Source: Solirubrobacterales bacterium (lineage in GTDB: Bacteria > Actinomycetota > Thermoleophilia > Solirubrobacterales > 70-9). Taken from it: DNA of 44,981 bases. Positions 34,721-44,315 of the stretch are shown here, piece by piece (position 1 is the first letter of the stretch; the number at the start of each line of letters is the position of its first letter). The position numbers were made by a program, and so were the translations under genes. The notes below the pieces were generated by a model. The model did no database searches. It saw nothing but the letters and a program-made list of their open reading frames with translations, and was not told where the DNA came from. The stretch is from the NCBI GenBank assembly GCA_036265435.1, contig DATAPB010000184.1, forward strand, positions 1 to 44,981. Reading direction: 5' to 3'.

Positions 34721-36130
34721 ATGGCGAGCGCGGCCGAATCGACCGGGACGCTGCTCGCCGCACTCGAGGGTGCTCTCTCGCGCGCCGATCGAGACCGTCC
34801 GTCCCAGCTCGTCTCGGCCACCGTCGAGATCGACCCGGAGGTGGATCCGGCGGCCATCGCCGCGGGCTCCCGGCTCGCCGCGGACCGCTGGTTCTGCTGG
34901 GAGCAGCCCGACCGCGGGTTCGCCCTGGCGGGCCTGGGATCCGCGATCGCGGTCGTCAGCAGGGGAGAAGACCGATTCACCGACCTGGGCGAGCGCTGCG
35001 CGGGCGCGAAGCACGACCGGGTCGCGGAAGAGCCCGACGAGCTTCCCGCCGGGGCCGGCCCCATCTGGTCGACGGGATTCGCGTTCTCACCTCGGGGTGG
35101 ATCGGATCCGCTCTGGTCCTCGCTGCCGCCCGCGCTCGCCGTGATGCCCGAGATCGCGATCTCGCGTGGGCCAGAGGGCGCCTTCCTCACCGTCTCGATC
35201 TTTCTCGAGCCGGGATCGAAACCCGACGACCTCCTGCGCCGGGCCGCCGGCAGGATGGGATCGCTGCGCGCCGCCGCACTGACGCCAGCCGATCCACACC
35301 CGAGCGCGGCCACGCGGATCTTCGGCCGCTATTCCCCCGAGCGCTACGAGAAGATCGTCGCCGCGGCGGTCGAGCGCATTCGCTCGACCTCGATCGACAA
35401 GGTCGTCCTCGCGCGGGAGCTGACCGTGGAGGCGCCTTCCGCTCACGATCCCGCCGCCCTCTTCGGAGCTCTCCGTGACCTCTTCCCGTCGTGCTTCTGC
35501 TTCTGCGTCGGCACCGGGCAGGCCGCCTTCATCGGTGCGAGCCCCGAGCTGCTCGTCCGCCGATCCGGGGCGGTCGCCGCAACCGTCGCGCTCGCCGGTA
35601 CGACCGCGCGCAGCGCCGATCCCGCCGTCGACGACCACCTCGGCGAGGCGATGCTGCGCAGCCCGAAGGTCCGAGACGAGCACGGCATCGTCGTGCGGAG
35701 GATCGAGCGCGGCCTCAGGCCCCATGCGGTCTGGGTCCACTCGGAGAACCAGCCGTTCGTCGTCAAGGTCGGCAACCTGCAGCATCTGGCCACGCCGATC
35801 CGGGCGCAGCTGGCCGAGTCCAACAGCGCCATCGAGCTCGCCGGCTTCCTGCACCCGACCCCGGCGGTCGGCGGGGAGCCGAAGGATCAGGCCCTGCGGC
35901 TGATCCAGGAGGTCGAGGGCATCGATCGCGGCTGGTACACCGGCCCGGTCGGCTGGATGGACACGGCAGAGGACGGCGAATTCTGCGTCGGGCTTCGCTC
36001 CGCGCTCGTCCGCGACCGCGAGGCCCACCTGTTCGCCGGCTGCGGGATCGTGGCCGACTCGGACCCCTCGGCCGAGCTTCAGGAGTCCGAGCTCAAGTTC
36101 GAGGCGCTGCTCCCGCTTTTCTCCTCCTAG
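34721..36130 (+). CDS. menF: isochorismate synthase
   Basis: Chorismate-binding enzyme C-terminal motifs: GASPELLV, LAGT, LHPTPAVGG.P, RGWYTGPVGW, LRSA, AGCGIV.DS.P..E..E...K. It sits in a men gene context. Confidence 0.85.
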   Translation: MASAAESTGTLLAALEGALSRADRDRPSQLVSATVEIDPEVDPAAIAAGSRLAADRWFCWEQPDRGFALAGLGSAIAVVSRGEDRFTDLGERCAGAKHDRVAEEPDELPAGAGPIWSTGFAFSPRGGSDPLWSSLPPALAVMPEIAISRGPEGAFLTVSIFLEPGSKPDDLLRRAAGRMGSLRAAALTPADPHPSAATRIFGRYSPERYEKIVAAAVERIRSTSIDKVVLARELTVEAPSAHDPAALFGALRDLFPSCFCFCVGTGQAAFIGASPELLVRRSGAVAATVALAGTTARSADPAVDDHLGEAMLRSPKVRDEHGIVVRRIERGLRPHAVWVHSENQPFVVKVGNLQHLATPIRAQLAESNSAIELAGFLHPTPAVGGEPKDQALRLIQEVEGIDRGWYTGPVGWMDTAEDGEFCVGLRSALVRDREAHLFAGCGIVADSDPSAELQESELKFEALLPLFSS

Positions 36131-36222
36131 CGCGCTGCCTTCCGGCCGTTCACGGGACCTTGACAGGGCCCCTCGCCCATGAGTGGATGGTCGAGGGAGC
36201 AAGCGAGGAGAAGGAGAAATTC

Positions 36223-36645
36223 ATGGCTGAAGGCGTTGACTTGATCCGGCGCTTTTACGAGGAGGTTCTCAGCAACGGCAATACGGAGGTCATCGGCGAC
36301 CTGGTCACCGATGACGTGGTCGATCACGAGCCGTTCCCCGGCCAGCCCGACGGCATCGAGGGCGTCAGGCAGTTCGCCGCGATGATGGCTGCGGCGTTCT
36401 CCGACGTCAAGGCGACCCTGGGGCCGTCGCTCGAGAGCGGCGACCTGGCCTCGGCTCAGGTCACGATCACCGGCAGGCACACCGGTGAGTTCATGGGAGT
36501 GCCCGCCAGCGACAAGCAGTTCGAGATCGAGGCGATCGACCTGATTCGCATCGAGGACGGCAAGTGCGCCGAGCACTGGGGCGTGACCGACAACATGGCC
36601 CTGATGCAGCAGATCGGCGCCATCCCGGAGCCCGCTCAGGCCTAG
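36223..36645 (+). CDS. SnoaL-like 'ester cyclase' (NTF2-fold) protein
   Basis: ATG follows AGGAGAAGGAGAA. The pattern LIRRFYEEVLSNGNTEVIGDLVTDDVVDHEP...GVRQF...GRHTGEFMGVPASDKQFEIEAIDLIRIEDGKCAEHWGV is typical of this family. The upstream part of ORF 35491..36645 overlaps menF out of frame. Confidence 0.8.
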   Translation: MAEGVDLIRRFYEEVLSNGNTEVIGDLVTDDVVDHEPFPGQPDGIEGVRQFAAMMAAAFSDVKATLGPSLESGDLASAQVTITGRHTGEFMGVPASDKQFEIEAIDLIRIEDGKCAEHWGVTDNMALMQQIGAIPEPAQA

Positions 36646-36670
36646 TTCTCAAGCCGGACCGCGGTGGCGA

Positions 36671-38434
36671 TCAGGTACGGAGGGTCGCCGCCGCGGTCTC
36701 GGCCAATTGACGGTGCAGCTCCAGGTTGCGGCGGCGATCGGTGCGGACCACGATCACCGGTGCGTCCCCCGCGAGCGCCTCGGCGAGCTCGCCGGGCGTC
36801 CCGGGGACAGCGACCGCCAGGTCGAAGAGGCGCGCCGCGTCGGCGGGATCGCGCCCTGCCGGCGTCCCCAGCAGGGCCTCGAACTCATCCTCATCCATCG
36901 CCTCGGCCTGCGGCAGGAAGTGGAAGATGCCGCCTCCGGAGTTGTCGATCACGATCAGCCGCAGCTCGGGAGCGTGGCTGACCGCCGCGAGGCCGCCGAT
37001 GTCGTGGAAGAGCGCCAGGTCGCCGAGCACCCCCCAGGTGCGGCTGCCGCTACCCGCGGCGAGACCGGCCGCGGTCGAGACCAGACCGTCGATCCCATTT
37101 GCGCCGCGGTTCGCGGCGAAGCGGACGCCCTCCGGTCCGGGGCGCAGGAAGGCCTCGAGGTCGCGTACCGGCATGCTCGAGGCTGCGAACACCGAGTCGC
37201 CGTCGCGAAGGACGCGTCCCAGCGCGCTCCAGATTCCCGGTTCGCTGAGCTCGCCGAGTGACTCGAGGTGGCCGTCGACCGCGTCGCGCACCGAACGCTC
37301 GGCGTCGAGCCAATCCGAGGCGAATGGCGACCCGGCGACCGCGGCGGCACCGGGTCGCTGCCGCGAAAGGCGCTCCATGAGAGCGCGGGCGGTGGCAGCC
37401 GGCTCAGCCCGCAGGACCGTGGCTGCGCGGCGCGTGGGCTCGCGCCAATCGCCGTTCGGGTCGATCACTATCTGATCGAGGCCCTCGATCGCCGCCAGCC
37501 ATTGCCGCAGCGGCTTGCTGGTCGGGAGGTCGCCGAAGCGAACGATCAGCTCCGGCTGGAGGGCGGTGGGGCGGTCGCGCACGATGGAGTCATAGGTGGT
37601 GACGACCAGTGAGCGGTCGTGCGGGCCGCGGCGCAGCTGGGAGGTCGGCTCGGCCAGAATCGGATAGCCGGCAGCGGCCGCGAGCTCCGAGATGGGGCTC
37701 GCCAACCCGGAGTCACTCTGCCGACCCGCAACGATGAGACCGCGCGGGGAGCGCTCGATCCGATCGGTCAGCTCATCGAGCAATCCCTCATCGGCCCGAA
37801 GCGATGCCGTGCTCACGGCGTGAAGGGGCGAAGCGCCGCGACCCCCCAGTGCCAGGGCGTCAGTCGCCGTGACCTGACCTTCCACCGGCACCGGAGCGAG
37901 CGGCTCCCGCCAGGGGACGTTCAGGTGCACTGGGCCCGGCCGCGGGTCACCGAGCGCGGAGGCGTGGGCACGGCAGGCGACCGAGCGGAAGTGAAGGAGG
38001 CCCTCGTCGTCTGCGTCGTGCGTGCCGACCTCGCAGAACCAGCGGACCGCGTCGCCGTAGAGCTTGAGCTGGTCGATCGTCTGGCCCGCTCCGATGTCTC
38101 GCAGCTCCGGGGGCCGATCGGCGGTGAGCACGATCAGCGGCACATCCGCCTCGTCCGCCTCGACGACAGCGGGGTGGAGGTTCGCGGCCGCCGAGCCCGA
38201 GGTGCACAGCACCGCGGCCGGCGCCCCGGTAGCGAGGGCCGTGCCGAGGGCGAAGAAGCCGGCGCTGCGCTCATCGAGGATCACGCTCACCTCGATCTCG
38301 GGCTGCCGCCAGAGAGCGACCGCGAGCGGGGTGGACCGGGAGCCGGGAGAGAGCAGGGCACGGCGGACACCGCTGCGGGACAGCTCCTCGACCATCGCCG
38401 AGGCGAGCGCGGTGTTGCGGTTGGTCGGGTCCAT
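36671..38434 (-). CDS. menD: 2-succinyl-5-enolpyruvyl-6-hydroxy-3-cyclohexene-1-carboxylate (SEPHCHC) synthase
   Basis: MDPTNRNTALASAMVEELSRSGVRRALLSPGSRSTPLAVAL starts from ATG 38434. There is also the ThDP motif region GANGIDG...GDLALFHD...NNSGGGIF. Confidence 0.9.
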   Translation of the reverse strand: MDPTNRNTALASAMVEELSRSGVRRALLSPGSRSTPLAVALWRQPEIEVSVILDERSAGFFALGTALATGAPAAVLCTSGSAAANLHPAVVEADEADVPLIVLTADRPPELRDIGAGQTIDQLKLYGDAVRWFCEVGTHDADDEGLLHFRSVACRAHASALGDPRPGPVHLNVPWREPLAPVPVEGQVTATDALALGGRGASPLHAVSTASLRADEGLLDELTDRIERSPRGLIVAGRQSDSGLASPISELAAAAGYPILAEPTSQLRRGPHDRSLVVTTYDSIVRDRPTALQPELIVRFGDLPTSKPLRQWLAAIEGLDQIVIDPNGDWREPTRRAATVLRAEPAATARALMERLSRQRPGAAAVAGSPFASDWLDAERSVRDAVDGHLESLGELSEPGIWSALGRVLRDGDSVFAASSMPVRDLEAFLRPGPEGVRFAANRGANGIDGLVSTAAGLAAGSGSRTWGVLGDLALFHDIGGLAAVSHAPELRLIVIDNSGGGIFHFLPQAEAMDEDEFEALLGTPAGRDPADAARLFDLAVAVPGTPGELAEALAGDAPVIVVRTDRRRNLELHRQLAETAAATLRT

Positions 38435-38494
38435 CACCACCAAACGGGGTTGCGCCTCGCCTTTCGGCTGCCGCGCACCCTCGCACAACCTAGA

Positions 38495-39577
38495 TCAGTC
38501 CAGACGCCTGGCCGCAAGCGCCTCTTCGTCCAGCTCGACGCCGAGGCCCGGGCGCTCGTCCAGGTGAAGCTCGTTCCGGTCAGAGCTCGCCCCGCGTCCG
38601 ATGCTCGCGGAGAAGAGGCGCTCGGTCGCGAGCCCGTGCGCCACGGCCGCATCGCCGCCGCGGTAGCGGAGCGCCTGCACGGCATGGGCGGCGGCGGTGA
38701 TGCCCACCGGGCCCTCGAGCGAGCTCGACAGGTACGAAGGCATCGTCTCGGCGATCTCGAGCGCTGCTCCGAGGCCACCGACCTTGGCGACTTTGACCGC
38801 GGCGACGTCGCAGGCCCCGAGTTCCTTCGCGCGGCGAGCGTCGAAGGGGGAGACCAGGCTCTCGTCAGCCGCCACCCGGACGTCGACTCGGCGGCGCAGC
38901 TCGACCATCTGCTCGAAGGTGCCGACCGGTTGCTCCGCGAGCTCGATCCGGTGGGGGGCCAGCGCCTCCAGCCGGTCCGCCGCCTCGTCGACGCTCCAGG
39001 CGCCGTTGGCATCGATGCGGACCTCGATCGCGTCGCCCAGCGTCTGCCTGACGGTCGCCACCTGGGTGACGTCCCCCGGGAGCCCGACCTTGAGCTTGAA
39101 GGTCCGGAACCCCTCGGCCTGCCAATCCCGGGCGAGCCTCCGGGTCTCGGCGGGGTTGGCGGCCGGCAACGTCGCGTTGCAGACCACCGGAGACGCCTCG
39201 GCCGCCCCCAGCAACCGCCAGACCGGCTCGCCCGACGCGCGGCCCACGAGGTCGTGCAGCGCGATATCCACCCCGGCGATGGCCTGGGCGGAAGCCCCGC
39301 GGTTGCGGCAGCGCGCGATCGCGGACCAGATCCGCTTCGGCTCGACCTCGCCTTCCAGCAGACCGGGCCAGCAGCGCTCGCGGATCTCCTCGGCGATCAC
39401 GTCGATCCCGGGTCCGCCGCGCAGAGAGAGCGAAGTCGTCTCTCCGAGGCCCTCGAGGCCCTCCCCGCGGATCCTGACGAGGATCAGCTTGCGCTCGTGT
39501 AGCTCCCCCCGCGCTGTGATGTAGGGCTCGCCGAACGGCAGCGAGTAGGGGATGACCTCGATCTCCTCCAGCCGCAC
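38495..39577 (-). CDS. menC: o-succinylbenzoate synthase (enolase superfamily)
   Basis: Motifs FKLKVG, IRIDANGAW, ELAEQP and ADESL. The gene sits between menD and menA. Other MLE-subgroup activities cannot be excluded from sequence alone. Confidence 0.7.
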   Translation of the reverse strand: MRLEEIEVIPYSLPFGEPYITARGELHERKLILVRIRGEGLEGLGETTSLSLRGGPGIDVIAEEIRERCWPGLLEGEVEPKRIWSAIARCRNRGASAQAIAGVDIALHDLVGRASGEPVWRLLGAAEASPVVCNATLPAANPAETRRLARDWQAEGFRTFKLKVGLPGDVTQVATVRQTLGDAIEVRIDANGAWSVDEAADRLEALAPHRIELAEQPVGTFEQMVELRRRVDVRVAADESLVSPFDARRAKELGACDVAAVKVAKVGGLGAALEIAETMPSYLSSSLEGPVGITAAAHAVQALRYRGGDAAVAHGLATERLFSASIGRGASSDRNELHLDERPGLGVELDEEALAARRLD

Positions 39578-39599
39578 GGGGCGATGCTAGGGCGCGAAC

Positions 39600-40481
39600 C
39601 TATGCCGCGATCAGAAGTCCCGCGGAGAGCAGCAGGCTGAACACTCCGAGGAGCGCGCCGGTGCCCGCGAGGGCGCCGTTCAGAGCGGGGCCGTCGGTGC
39701 GGGTGAGGACAGCCCGGGCCGGCCGGAGGGCGAGGGGGGCGGAGAGCAGGCCGAGAAGGGCCCACCAAGCGCCCCCATGGGAGGTCACCGTTCCGAGCAG
39801 GTCGGCGTACGCGGCGACCACCAGGCCCGCGTAGAGGCGCCGCGTTCCCTGGCGTCCGAGCCGCACGGCGAGCGTGTTCTTCCCCGCGCGGCGATCGGTG
39901 TCGATGTCGCGGATGTTGTTGACAACGAGGATCGCCGTCGCCAGGCAGCCGACCGCGACCGAGAGTCCGAAGGGGAACCAGTCGAGTCTTTCCAGCTGCA
40001 CGTAGTAGGAGCCGTTCACGGCGACCAGGCCGAAGAAGAGGAAGACGAACAGCTCGCCCAGCCCCGCATAGCCATAGGGCCTAGGGCCACCCGTGTAGAG
40101 GACCCCGGCGGCGATCGAGGCTGCACCCACCGCGATGATGACCCAGCCGGCGACGGTCGCGAGATAGATACCGGCCGCCACGGCGACGCCGAAGGCGAGC
40201 CAGGTCGCGATCAGCACCCTGCGCGGGGCGACGAGGCCGGCGGCGGTCACCCGCACGGGCCCGAGCCGGTCGACCGTGTCGGCACCGCGCTTGGCATCGG
40301 AGTAGTCGTTCGCCAGATTCGTCCCGATCTGGATGAAGATGCTCCCGATCAGGGCGGCTACGAAGGCACCGACCCGGGGCAGCTCGCCCACCTTTTCGAT
40401 CGCGGCGGCGGTGCCGACCAGCACCGGTGCGATTGCGGCGGGCAGCGTCCGGGGACGCGCCGCCATAAGCCAGATCCTCAA
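39600..40481 (-). CDS. menA: 1,4-dihydroxy-2-naphthoate polyprenyltransferase
   Basis: UbiA-family membrane protein. It has ARPRTLPAAIAPVLVG, NDYSDAKRGADT and a second Asp-rich motif, NNIRDIDTDRRAGKNTLAV. Confidence 0.9.
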   Translation of the reverse strand: MRIWLMAARPRTLPAAIAPVLVGTAAAIEKVGELPRVGAFVAALIGSIFIQIGTNLANDYSDAKRGADTVDRLGPVRVTAAGLVAPRRVLIATWLAFGVAVAAGIYLATVAGWVIIAVGAASIAAGVLYTGGPRPYGYAGLGELFVFLFFGLVAVNGSYYVQLERLDWFPFGLSVAVGCLATAILVVNNIRDIDTDRRAGKNTLAVRLGRQGTRRLYAGLVVAAYADLLGTVTSHGGAWWALLGLLSAPLALRPARAVLTRTDGPALNGALAGTGALLGVFSLLLSAGLLIAA

Positions 40482-40495
40482 AGCCGGGGTCTCCC

Positions 40496-41386
40496 CTAGG
40501 GCCTCTTCGGGTACTTGGAGAAGTCCGGGCTGCGTCCCTGCTGGTAGGCGTTGCGCCCCTCCTGGCCCTCCTCGGTCATGTAGAAGAGCAGGGTCGCGTC
40601 GTGAGAGAGCTGCTGGATGCCGGTCAGCCCGTCCTCGGTAGCGTTGAAGCTCGCCTTGAGCAGCCGCAGTGAGAGGGGGGAGAGGGCGGCCATCTCACGG
40701 CACCAGGCGACCGTCTCCCGCTCGAGCTGGTCGAGCGGGACGACGGTGTTGACCAGCCCCATGTCCAGCGCCTCCTGCGCGTCGTAGAGGCGCGAGAGGA
40801 ACCAGATCTCCTTGGCCTTCTTCACGCCGACGTTCCGGGCGAGCAGCGAGGTGCCGAAGCCGCCGTCGAAGCTGCCCACTCTCGGTCCGGTCTGGCCGAA
40901 GACGGCGTTGTCGCCCGCGATCGTCAGGTCGCAGACCAGATGGAGGATGTGCCCGCCGCCGACCGCGTATCCCGCGACCATCGCCACCACCGGCTTCGGA
41001 AGTCGCCTGATCTGGACGTGCAGGTCGCCCACATCCAGGCGGCCGACGCCCCTCTGGGCGACCTCGTCCTTCCCTATGTAGCCGTCGTCGCCGCGAATCC
41101 GCTGGTCGCCGCCCGAGCAGAAAGCCTCGTCGCCGGCACCGGTGAAGATGATCGTCGCGACCTCGACATCGTCGCGGGCCCGGCTGAACGCGTCACGCAG
41201 CTCGGCGAGGGTCGGGGGGCGGAAGGCGTTGTGGACCTCCGGGCGGTTGATCGAGATCTTCGCGACCGAGTCCCCGCGCTCGTAGATCACGTCCTCGTAA
41301 TCACCCTCGGCGTGCCACTCGATCGGCGCGTAGAGCTCGTCCTCGGGGGGTGCGTCCTTGTGGCGTCTCGGCACGGCGGCAACCAT
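40496..41386 (-). CDS. menB: 1,4-dihydroxy-2-naphthoyl-CoA synthase
   Basis: ATG 41386 gives [11 protein letters not shown]. Crotonase-fold MenB motifs are [42 protein letters not shown] and [22 protein letters not shown]. The upstream extension of ORF 40496..41929 is antisense to menE. Confidence 0.93.
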   Translation of the reverse strand: MVAAVPRRHKDAPPEDELYAPIEWHAEGDYEDVIYERGDSVAKISINRPEVHNAFRPPTLAELRDAFSRARDDVEVATIIFTGAGDEAFCSGGDQRIRGDDGYIGKDEVAQRGVGRLDVGDLHVQIRRLPKPVVAMVAGYAVGGGHILHLVCDLTIAGDNAVFGQTGPRVGSFDGGFGTSLLARNVGVKKAKEIWFLSRLYDAQEALDMGLVNTVVPLDQLERETVAWCREMAALSPLSLRLLKASFNATEDGLTGIQQLSHDATLLFYMTEEGQEGRNAYQQGRSPDFSKYPKRP

Positions 41387-41398
41387 AGACTTTCGGCC

Positions 41399-42739
41399 GT
41401 GAAGCTCGACAACTGGCTCGCACAGCGGGCTCACAGTTGCCCCGAGCGGACCGCGCTGGTCACGGAAGCCTCCAGCGTCACTTACGCGGAGCTGGAGGCG
41501 GAGGCTACCTGGGTCGCTCGCCGGCTTGCCGCCTACGGGGTGAGAAGGGACGCGGTCGCGGCCCTCACCATGCATCCGCGCCGCGAGGAGGTCGTGCTGC
41601 TGCACGCCCTGATGAAGCTCGGCGCCGTCGCCCTGCCCCTCGGCCCCCGCCTCACCGAGGCCGAGCGAGAGGCCGTGCTGGCCGCGGAGCGGCCCGCCGT
41701 CGACCTCAACGATGCCGGGGAGCTCACCCAGACCGAGGCGGACCTGCCGCTGCTCGGGGAGCACGACATGGACGATGTCCAGTGTCGAATCCTGACCAGC
41801 GGGACCTCCGGGGAGCCGCGGCCGGTGGGGCTCACCTACGGGAACTTCCTGTTCAGCGCGATGGGCTCGGCCTTCAACCTCGGCGTCGATCCAGCCGACC
41901 GCTGGCTCTGCTGTCTGCCGCTGAGCCACGTCGGCGGCCTCTCGATCGTCATCCGCTCGGTGATCTACGGCACCACGGCGGTCCTCCTCGACGGCTTCGA
42001 CACCGAGCAGGTGGCGAGGACCCTCGTCTCCGGGGACATCTCGGTCGTCTCACTGGTCCCGACCCAGCTGATCCGCCTGCTCGAGGCCGGCGCGGACCTC
42101 TCGGCCCCTCGCGCGATCCTGATCGGCGGTGGGCCCGTGCCGGCCGACGCGCTGCGCGAGGCGCTCGGCCGGGGAGCGACGGTCGTGCAGACCTACGGCA
42201 TGACCGAGACGTGCTCCCAGGTGACGACGCTTTCGCCCGAGGACGCCGAGCGCAGGGTGGGCTCGGCCGGTCGTCCGCTGCTCACCAGCCACATCCGAAT
42301 CGAGGGCGGGGAGATCCTGGTCCAGGGCCCGACGGTCGCGCCCGGCTGCTACGAGGCGGACGGCTGGCTCCACACCGGCGACCTCGGCCACATCGACGAC
42401 GAGGGGTTCCTCTACGTCACCGGGCGCAACAGCGAGGTGATCGTCACCGGCGGTGAGAACGTGATGCCGGCCGAGGTCGAGGCCGTGCTGATCTCACACC
42501 CCGCCGTGGCGGACGCCGCGGTGTTCGGCCGGCCGCATCCCGAGTGGCAGGAGACCGTCTGCGCGCTGGTCGTCCTGCGCGACGGAGCCGAGACGACGGA
42601 CGAGGAGCTGCGGTCCCACTGCTCCGGCCCGCTCGCTCCTTACAAGGTGCCGAAGCGCGTGGACTTCGTCTCGTCCCTGCCCAGGACGCCCTCCGGCAAG
42701 CTGCTGCGCGGCGAGCTCACCGCGCTCGCCGAGACCTGA
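41399..42739 (+). CDS. menE: o-succinylbenzoate--CoA ligase
   Basis: GTG 41399 gives [21 protein letters not shown]. Adenylate-forming motifs are [31 protein letters not shown] and [10 protein letters not shown]. Confidence 0.88.
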   Translation: MKLDNWLAQRAHSCPERTALVTEASSVTYAELEAEATWVARRLAAYGVRRDAVAALTMHPRREEVVLLHALMKLGAVALPLGPRLTEAEREAVLAAERPAVDLNDAGELTQTEADLPLLGEHDMDDVQCRILTSGTSGEPRPVGLTYGNFLFSAMGSAFNLGVDPADRWLCCLPLSHVGGLSIVIRSVIYGTTAVLLDGFDTEQVARTLVSGDISVVSLVPTQLIRLLEAGADLSAPRAILIGGGPVPADALREALGRGATVVQTYGMTETCSQVTTLSPEDAERRVGSAGRPLLTSHIRIEGGEILVQGPTVAPGCYEADGWLHTGDLGHIDDEGFLYVTGRNSEVIVTGGENVMPAEVEAVLISHPAVADAAVFGRPHPEWQETVCALVVLRDGAETTDEELRSHCSGPLAPYKVPKRVDFVSSLPRTPSGKLLRGELTALAET

Positions 42740-42779
42740 GCTTGGCCCGCACACGCCTCTCTGTACCATCCGCCGCCGC

Positions 42780-43781
42780 ATGGCTGCGCAGGACGTTCTC
42801 TACGACAAGGACGCGGATCTCTCCGCACTCGAGGAGGGGAAGAAGATCGCGATCCTGGGCTACGGCTCGCAGGGCCACGCACACGCACTCAACCTGAAGG
42901 ACTCCGGCATGGAGGTCGTGGTGGGGTTGCGCCCCGACTCCTCCAGCCGGGCCGATGCGGAGGGCGAGGGCCTCGAGGTGCTCGACGTCGCCGACGCGGC
43001 AAGCGAGGGAGACGTGGTGATGATCCTGCTGCCCGACGAGAAGCAGGCCAAGATCTGGGGCGAGGAGATCTCGGACGGGATCGCCGACGGCAACCTCCTG
43101 ATGTTCGCCCACGGCTTCGCGATCCGGTTCGGCCAGATCGAGCCGCCTCCCGGCGTCGACGTCGGGATGGTCGCCCCGAAGGGTCCGGGCCATCTGGTCC
43201 GCCGCGAGTTCGTCAATGGGCAGGGCGTGCCCTGCCTGATGGCGGTCCACCAGGATGCCACCGGTTCGGCACGCGAGCAGGTTCTCGCCTACGCCTCCGG
43301 CATCGGCGGCGGCAGGGCGGGAATCATCGAGACGACCTTCAAGGACGAGGCCGAGACCGACCTCTTCGGCGAGCAGGCCGTCCTCTGCGGCGGCGCCACG
43401 GAGCTGGTCCGAGCCGGCTTCGACACCCTCGTCGAGGCGGGCTACGACCCGCGGCTCGCCTACTTCGAGTGCCTCCACGAGCTCAAGCTGATCGTCGACC
43501 TGATGTACGAGCACGGCATTCAGGGGATGCGCCACTCGATCTCCAACACCGCCGAGTACGGCGACATGACCCGCGGCCCCAAGGTGATCACCGACGAGAC
43601 CCGGAAGGCGATGAGGAAGATCCTCGCGGACATCCAGTCCGGCGAGTTCGCGAAGGAGTGGATCGCCGAGAACGAGGCAGGTCAGGAGAACTTCCAGCGC
43701 ATGCGCGAGGAGGCCACCGATGCGCAGGTCGAGAAGGTCGGCAGGGACCTCCGGGCGATGATGCCCTGGATCGACGACTAG
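42780..43781 (+). CDS. ilvC: ketol-acid reductoisomerase (class I)
   Basis: [49 protein letters not shown] and ISNTAEYG. Confidence 0.95.
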   Translation: MAAQDVLYDKDADLSALEEGKKIAILGYGSQGHAHALNLKDSGMEVVVGLRPDSSSRADAEGEGLEVLDVADAASEGDVVMILLPDEKQAKIWGEEISDGIADGNLLMFAHGFAIRFGQIEPPPGVDVGMVAPKGPGHLVRREFVNGQGVPCLMAVHQDATGSAREQVLAYASGIGGGRAGIIETTFKDEAETDLFGEQAVLCGGATELVRAGFDTLVEAGYDPRLAYFECLHELKLIVDLMYEHGIQGMRHSISNTAEYGDMTRGPKVITDETRKAMRKILADIQSGEFAKEWIAENEAGQENFQRMREEATDAQVEKVGRDLRAMMPWIDD

Positions 43782-43802
43782 CCGGCTAGGCTGCCGCCGG
43801 CG

Positions 43803-44253
43803 ATGACCCGAGAGAGCTCACCGAGGAGATCCTGGCGGCCAAGCACTCGCGAGGGCTGAGCTGGGCCGAGCTGGCGGAGCGGCTGAACGCACCGGTCGAG
43901 TGGGCGACGGCGGCCCTGCTCGGCCAGTTCCCGCTCGACGAGACCCAGGCCCGTCCGCAACTGAGGCGCTGGGCCTGGACAAAGATGCGATTCCGGAGCT
44001 GACTGCGTCGCCGATGCGGGGTGCGCTGGACGATGTAGTGCCTACCGACCCGACCATCTACCGGCTATACGAGATCGTTCAGGTCTATGGCCCGGCGCTG
44101 AAGGAACTGATCCACGAGGAGTTCGGGGACGGGATCATGAGCGCGATCAACTTCGGCTTCACGGTTCGGCGCCTGCCGGACGAAAAGGGAGACAGGGTGG
44201 AGATCGTCCTCAACGGCAAGTTCCTGCCGTATGAGTGGCGAGAGATGGACTGA
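43803..44253 (+). pseudogene. cynS: cyanate hydratase (cyanase) interrupted by two 1-nt frameshifts
   Basis: ATG 43803 encodes MTRE, then the frame changes near 43812-43816. The next frame encodes ELTEEILAAKHSRGLSWAELAERLNAPVEWATAALLGQFPLDETQAR. A second change occurs near 43949-43954. The last frame (ORF 43900..44253) encodes ATEALGLD...PTDPTIYRLYEIVQVYGPALKELIHEEFGDGIMSAINF...LNGKFLPY, the conserved cyanase C-terminal domain. Confidence 0.8.
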
Positions 44254-44315
44254 TCTCGGGCGCTGATGCCCGGACTGACCGGAGGCTCTTACCGTCCGCT
44301 CGTGTTAGTGGCTGC

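Noticed and set aside
35491-36222. Long upstream part of ORF 35491..36645 (384 aa).
   Set aside because: It overlaps menF out of frame with an Arg-rich translation. The SnoaL-like domain starts at ATG 36223, behind a strong RBS.
41387-41929. Upstream extension of the menB ORF (477 aa version), and the corresponding 40940..41398 extension of the menE ORF.
   Set aside because: The extensions are mutually antisense and lack family motifs. MenB- and MenE-like sequence begins at ATG 41386 and GTG 41399 respectively.
44254-44315. Short hairpin (CGGGC-GCTGAT-GCCCG) between the convergent cynS and DUF805 genes, considered as a bidirectional terminator.
   Set aside because: It has only a 5-bp stem and no U-tract. 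Such hairpins arise by chance in GC-rich DNA.
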